A DNA stretch of 63,815 bases, counting the filler, from Thraustochytrium aureum (Eukaryota), in assembly GCA_012862495.1 (NCBI GenBank). It is 6 parts of 5 records of this genome, joined end to end, with 100 filler letters (N's around TTAATTAATTAA, not from the genome) between each part and the next. Parts side by side here need not be neighbours in the genome. Positions count along the whole stretch, not along the records: positions 60,048 to 62,093 come from BLSG01000239.1; positions 62,194 to 63,815 come from BLSG01000240.1; 4 more parts are not named here. One strand, given 5' to 3'. The notes beneath the pieces were generated by a model. It was not told the DNA's origin, did no database searches, and was given only the letters and a program-made list of their open reading frames with translations. Numbering within the stretch: the first letter of the stretch is position 1; each line of letters begins with the position of its first letter. A program made the position numbers and the translations under genes. This document shows positions 60,858 through 63,815 of this stretch, one piece after another.

Positions 60858-61148
60858 ATACAGCACTTGACCCAACGAGAGCCTTTCGAAAGCTATTGGG
60901 TCGAACTCGGCTTTTTCTTTTGCAAGGTCGTGCGCTGCCTCGTATCAAGTCTTCGCGCAGCGGCGCAATTTATTATCTTCCGTTTTGCCTTGCTCCGTTC
61001 GCTCGCCAGGCTAGACCCGGGCTCGTGCGCTTGCTTGCGCCAATTCCACTTTCTCCCAACGTGCGCCGTCGGCTCTAAAATCTGTGCAAGTACTCTACTA
61101 CCCTCTCGCGCTCGCTCGCTCGCTCGGCTTGGGGGTCCGACCGCTCAG

Positions 61149-62093
61149 CTAGGGCTCTGGCATGCTCCAGGTGGCCTGCTTGGTCACCGGGTTGTAAAAG
61201 TAAAACTTGCCGGGCTTGGACCTCGACTGCCGCACCATCCAGACGCTGTCGGCGCCTGTCGCCAACGCGAGCTCCTCCTTGAGCCGCTTCTCCGCCTCGA
61301 AAGGGTCCTCGTCAAACGTGCCGTCCTCGCACCTGTCCGCTTCCGGGCGCGGCGTCGGGGCTGGTGCAGCTAGCGTCCGAGCGCGCGGGTCCCGAACCGG
61401 CGTCGCCATCACCGACGCCAACGAGTCAGTCGAGGGGCCGAGTGCCGCAGCAAGGTCGAGCTCTGTCTGCCGTTGGATGTCGCGTTGCAGGAGCCGCTCT
61501 TCGACCTCTTGCCGCACATCCGCGGCGGACTTTAGCAGCTCCTCGCGTCGGGCGGCGCCGTTGTCCTGGCAACACAAGCTGCACCTGTACACTGGAGCGA
61601 GGGTCGGCTCGAGTGCTGCCATCGTTCTCCGCGACGCCTCGAGCGACTTGTCCAGCAGACCGTGGTGCAGCTGCACGCGGTACTTGTTCCGGCGCAGCCT
61701 CTCGGCCTTGACGGCGTCGCGAATCTGACGCGCCACCTGCTTCGACCTGGCCGGCACCGGCGCCGGGGCGCTCAACTTGCTGGTTTCAGTTCGCGCCATG
61801 GCCAGCTCGCGCCGTGCTGTGGTCGGCGGGGCTGCGCCGCTAGGGCGCGAAGGGTGCGCGATCGGGAGCGCGGGCGCGCCAGACACGCCGGCCTCGCTCG
61901 ACTTTGACTCGACGCGCGGTACAGAGAAGCGGATTTCGCGGTTCTCGCCTTCCTTGCCAACAATCAGCTTTTCGTCCACGGCTGTGCGGAGCGCGCGGTG
62001 GAGCTGCACAGCGGTTCGCCCAGGGTCATAAATGTCGGCCGGGTTGATCTTGATAAACTCGCAAATCTGCTCAAAGGTGCAGCCGCGCTCGCC
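61149..62093 (-). CDS. WW-domain protein with a possible H15/winged-helix-like segment; 5' partial
   Basis: C-terminal WW: WMVRQSRSKPGKFYFYNPVTKQATWSMP. The frame is open to the scaffold end, giving GERGCTFEQICEFI..QLHRALRTAVDEKLIV. Confidence 0.75.
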   Translation of the reverse strand, partial: GERGCTFEQICEFIKINPADIYDPGRTAVQLHRALRTAVDEKLIVGKEGENREIRFSVPRVESKSSEAGVSGAPALPIAHPSRPSGAAPPTTARRELAMARTETSKLSAPAPVPARSKQVARQIRDAVKAERLRRNKYRVQLHHGLLDKSLEASRRTMAALEPTLAPVYRCSLCCQDNGAARREELLKSAADVRQEVEERLLQRDIQRQTELDLAAALGPSTDSLASVMATPVRDPRARTLAAPAPTPRPEADRCEDGTFDEDPFEAEKRLKEELALATGADSVWMVRQSRSKPGKFYFYNPVTKQATWSMPEP

Positions 62094-62137
62094 NNNNNNN
62101 NNNNNNNNNNNNNNNNNNNNNNNNNNNNNNNNNNNNN

Positions 62138-62149
62138 TTAATTAATTAA
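62138..62149. other. Artificial scaffold linker TTAATTAATTAA
   Basis: Same 44N-12-44N structure. Confidence 0.97.
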
Positions 62150-62915
62150 NNNNNNNNNNNNNNNNNNNNNNNNNNNNNNNNNNNNNNNNNNNNACATTCT
62201 CAACTCAATTCGCCCGTCACGGTGCCGCAGAGCGGTTACCTACTCGGTGCTCTACCACCTACTAGTTTACTTGTACAAGTCCTGTACCTTACGCTGTTCC
62301 TCGGAGGGAAGGAGACTCTGAGGCCCTGAGCGCAAAAGCAACGCATCTTTCGCTGCGGAAAGAAGGAAGGAATCAAGAGGCAATTCAGAAATGTGGGTGG
62401 GTGTGTTCTCCCTCTCATTCCCGCGCACGTGCTGAACTGCCGAGGTCGCGAGAGCGAGTCGCGGAACAACTGTACTTCCGAGAGGAACGTTTCTCGCGCA
62501 ACTTTTGACCACATGGCGATCAAGGCAAGAGGGAGGGTGGGAGGGAAGGAGGGGAGGACGAATTGAGGTTTGCAGAATCGCAACGTCGCGCAGAGCACCA
62601 TCGAAGCCGTCGTTGCCTCGCGGACGGGCAGCGCGAAGTGGTCGCGGACGGGCAGCGGGTCGCAGACAGCAGCGAGGGAGAGGCCGAGTTGCCAAAGAGC
62701 GGCCAAGGCGCTCAAGGCGGTGGCTGGTCGCACAAGTGCTGCGGAGCACAGGTGCGCACGTGCGCGAGCGCCAACTCGCAGGGCTTGCTCGCTGCAGGGC
62801 GGGGCTGCGCGAACGAGGGGCGTAGAGCGGCGGGCGGGCGGCTGGTTGGTAGGTCTTCTGGATCTGGGCGTCCAGGGTGCCGCGGGTTGGTGAACGCGCT
62901 TCGCAGAGAGACAAG

Positions 62916-63547
62916 ATGAAGTTTCTTTTCCGGCACTTTAACATCCTGTCGCGGCCCTCGAGCATCGAAGGCCACGAGTGGGTCGAGGTACACGATCCGG
63001 AAATTATGCTCGACGTCAAAGTTGGCCTCTCGTGCCTCTTGTTTCTCTTTGTTTCAGCAGTGGTGTACGGGATGGGCGACGTTTACGGCGCCGCGTTTTA
63101 CGTGGTCATGACGCTGTTCTCCACGCTCTCGGACGCCGTGTTCGTGAACCACTGGTACTTGGACCTGACGGACCGCATCACCGCCGCGATGGGCGCCATC
63201 TACATGGTGTGGTTCACGACGCGCTGGTTTGTTTTCGACGCCGACTGGACGCAGCCGCTCGTGTGGGCCAAGCTCGTTCCCAGCTCGCGAGCGGCATCAC
63301 GCCGTTCCGCTTCCTGGACCAGTGTCGCCAGTACCCGGTGCGCAGCGAGGACTGGCGCCGGAACCATGTCAAGTGGCACGTCACCGGCACGCTGTCGATG
63401 ATCTTTTGCATCCTTGTCAGCCATGGGTTTCTGGAGGAAGCGCTCGAGGCGGTCGCGGGCAGCGACTTTAAGGGCTCGTTCCTTGAGGTTGTTGCGGATG
63501 CGGCCAGCCTCGCGCCCTACCTGTCGATCATCGTTGGTTCGGGCTAG
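62916..63547 (+). CDS. Hypothetical multi-pass membrane protein with an HxxWH motif; frameshift at ~63280
   Basis: ATG at 62916, about 5 hydrophobic segments, motifs FSTLSD, LTDR and NHVKWH. Adding one C to the C3 run 63279-63281 joins the two ORFs; stop TAG at 63547. Confidence 0.7.
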
Positions 63548-63815
63548 TTTGCGCTGGGGCGATTGCTCGGCTTGCTGCGACTTGAGCGGCATGAACATAC
63601 GCGCGCCTGGATCTGGCTCTGAATTTCCAAGCAACCGAGAGGAGCGCGGCGCTGGGTGCGCGAGCCCGATCGAGGCCGAAAGGGCCTTTCCAAGTTGCAG
63701 GCTTGCGCAACCAGCTCCGAGACCCGGATCCGACGCGCAGAACATAATTTCGGCAACACACATTGCTTCAGATGAACAAATGGCACGACCCGGACGTGCA
63801 GCGCGCACGACACGT

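Noticed and set aside
22262..62149. Five identical TTAATTAATTAA copies as a repeat, CRISPR or transposon target site
   Set aside because: Each is centred in exactly 44+44 N and has stops in all six frames, which identifies an assembly linker.
4011..63281. Programmed ribosomal frameshifting, alternative genetic code or mass pseudogenisation
   Set aside because: The shifts go in both directions, lie mostly in homopolymers, share no motif and hit conserved genes that lack in-frame stops. Standard-code translation gives correct motifs and normal stops.
1..63815. rRNA, tRNA, CRISPR arrays, transposase or reverse transcriptase genes
   Set aside because: None was recognised by eye. A covariance-model or repeat-library search would be needed to exclude small or divergent ones.

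Overview
This is GC-rich, gene-dense, intron-poor eukaryotic genomic DNA from a draft assembly. A flagellated protist is inferred from gene content, and a thraustochytrid-like stramenopile is plausible but not proven. Five artificial 100-bp linkers (44N-TTAATTAATTAA-44N) join six separate scaffolds: 1-22217, 22318-32026, 32127-34177, 34278-59947, 60048-62093 and 62194-63815. About 20 protein-coding genes are recognisable. They include a fused NADH-glutamate synthase, a fibro-slime/lectin/filamin surface protein, a coiled-coil protein, an ankyrin-repeat polycystin(TRPP)-like channel, a PX-BAR sorting nexin, an S28 peptidase, a degenerate DNAH1-like dynein heavy chain, an LRR fragment, delta-COP, V-ATPase subunit c, a PQ-loop transporter, an EF-hand/Sfi1-like protein, a bacterial-type (PhcB-like) methyltransferase, a BEACH-WD40 protein, PI4K-beta (two clear GT-AG introns) and an Mpo1-like dioxygenase. 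Several orphan genes are also present. About 18 single-base frameshifts, mostly in homopolymers, look like sequencing errors. The most interesting candidates are: (1) a TRP channel combining group-1 features (ankyrins, TRP-helix-like segment) with group-2 features (TOP domain, LGD filter); (2) a roughly half-size dynein heavy chain with a destroyed AAA1 P-loop; (3) a PhcB-like methyltransferase that is a horizontal-transfer candidate; (4) a fibro-slime + L-lectin + filamin mosaic protein; (5) a recurrent palindromic TAGA/GTAC motif in almost every intergenic interval. All family assignments come from motif recognition by eye; no database search was run.
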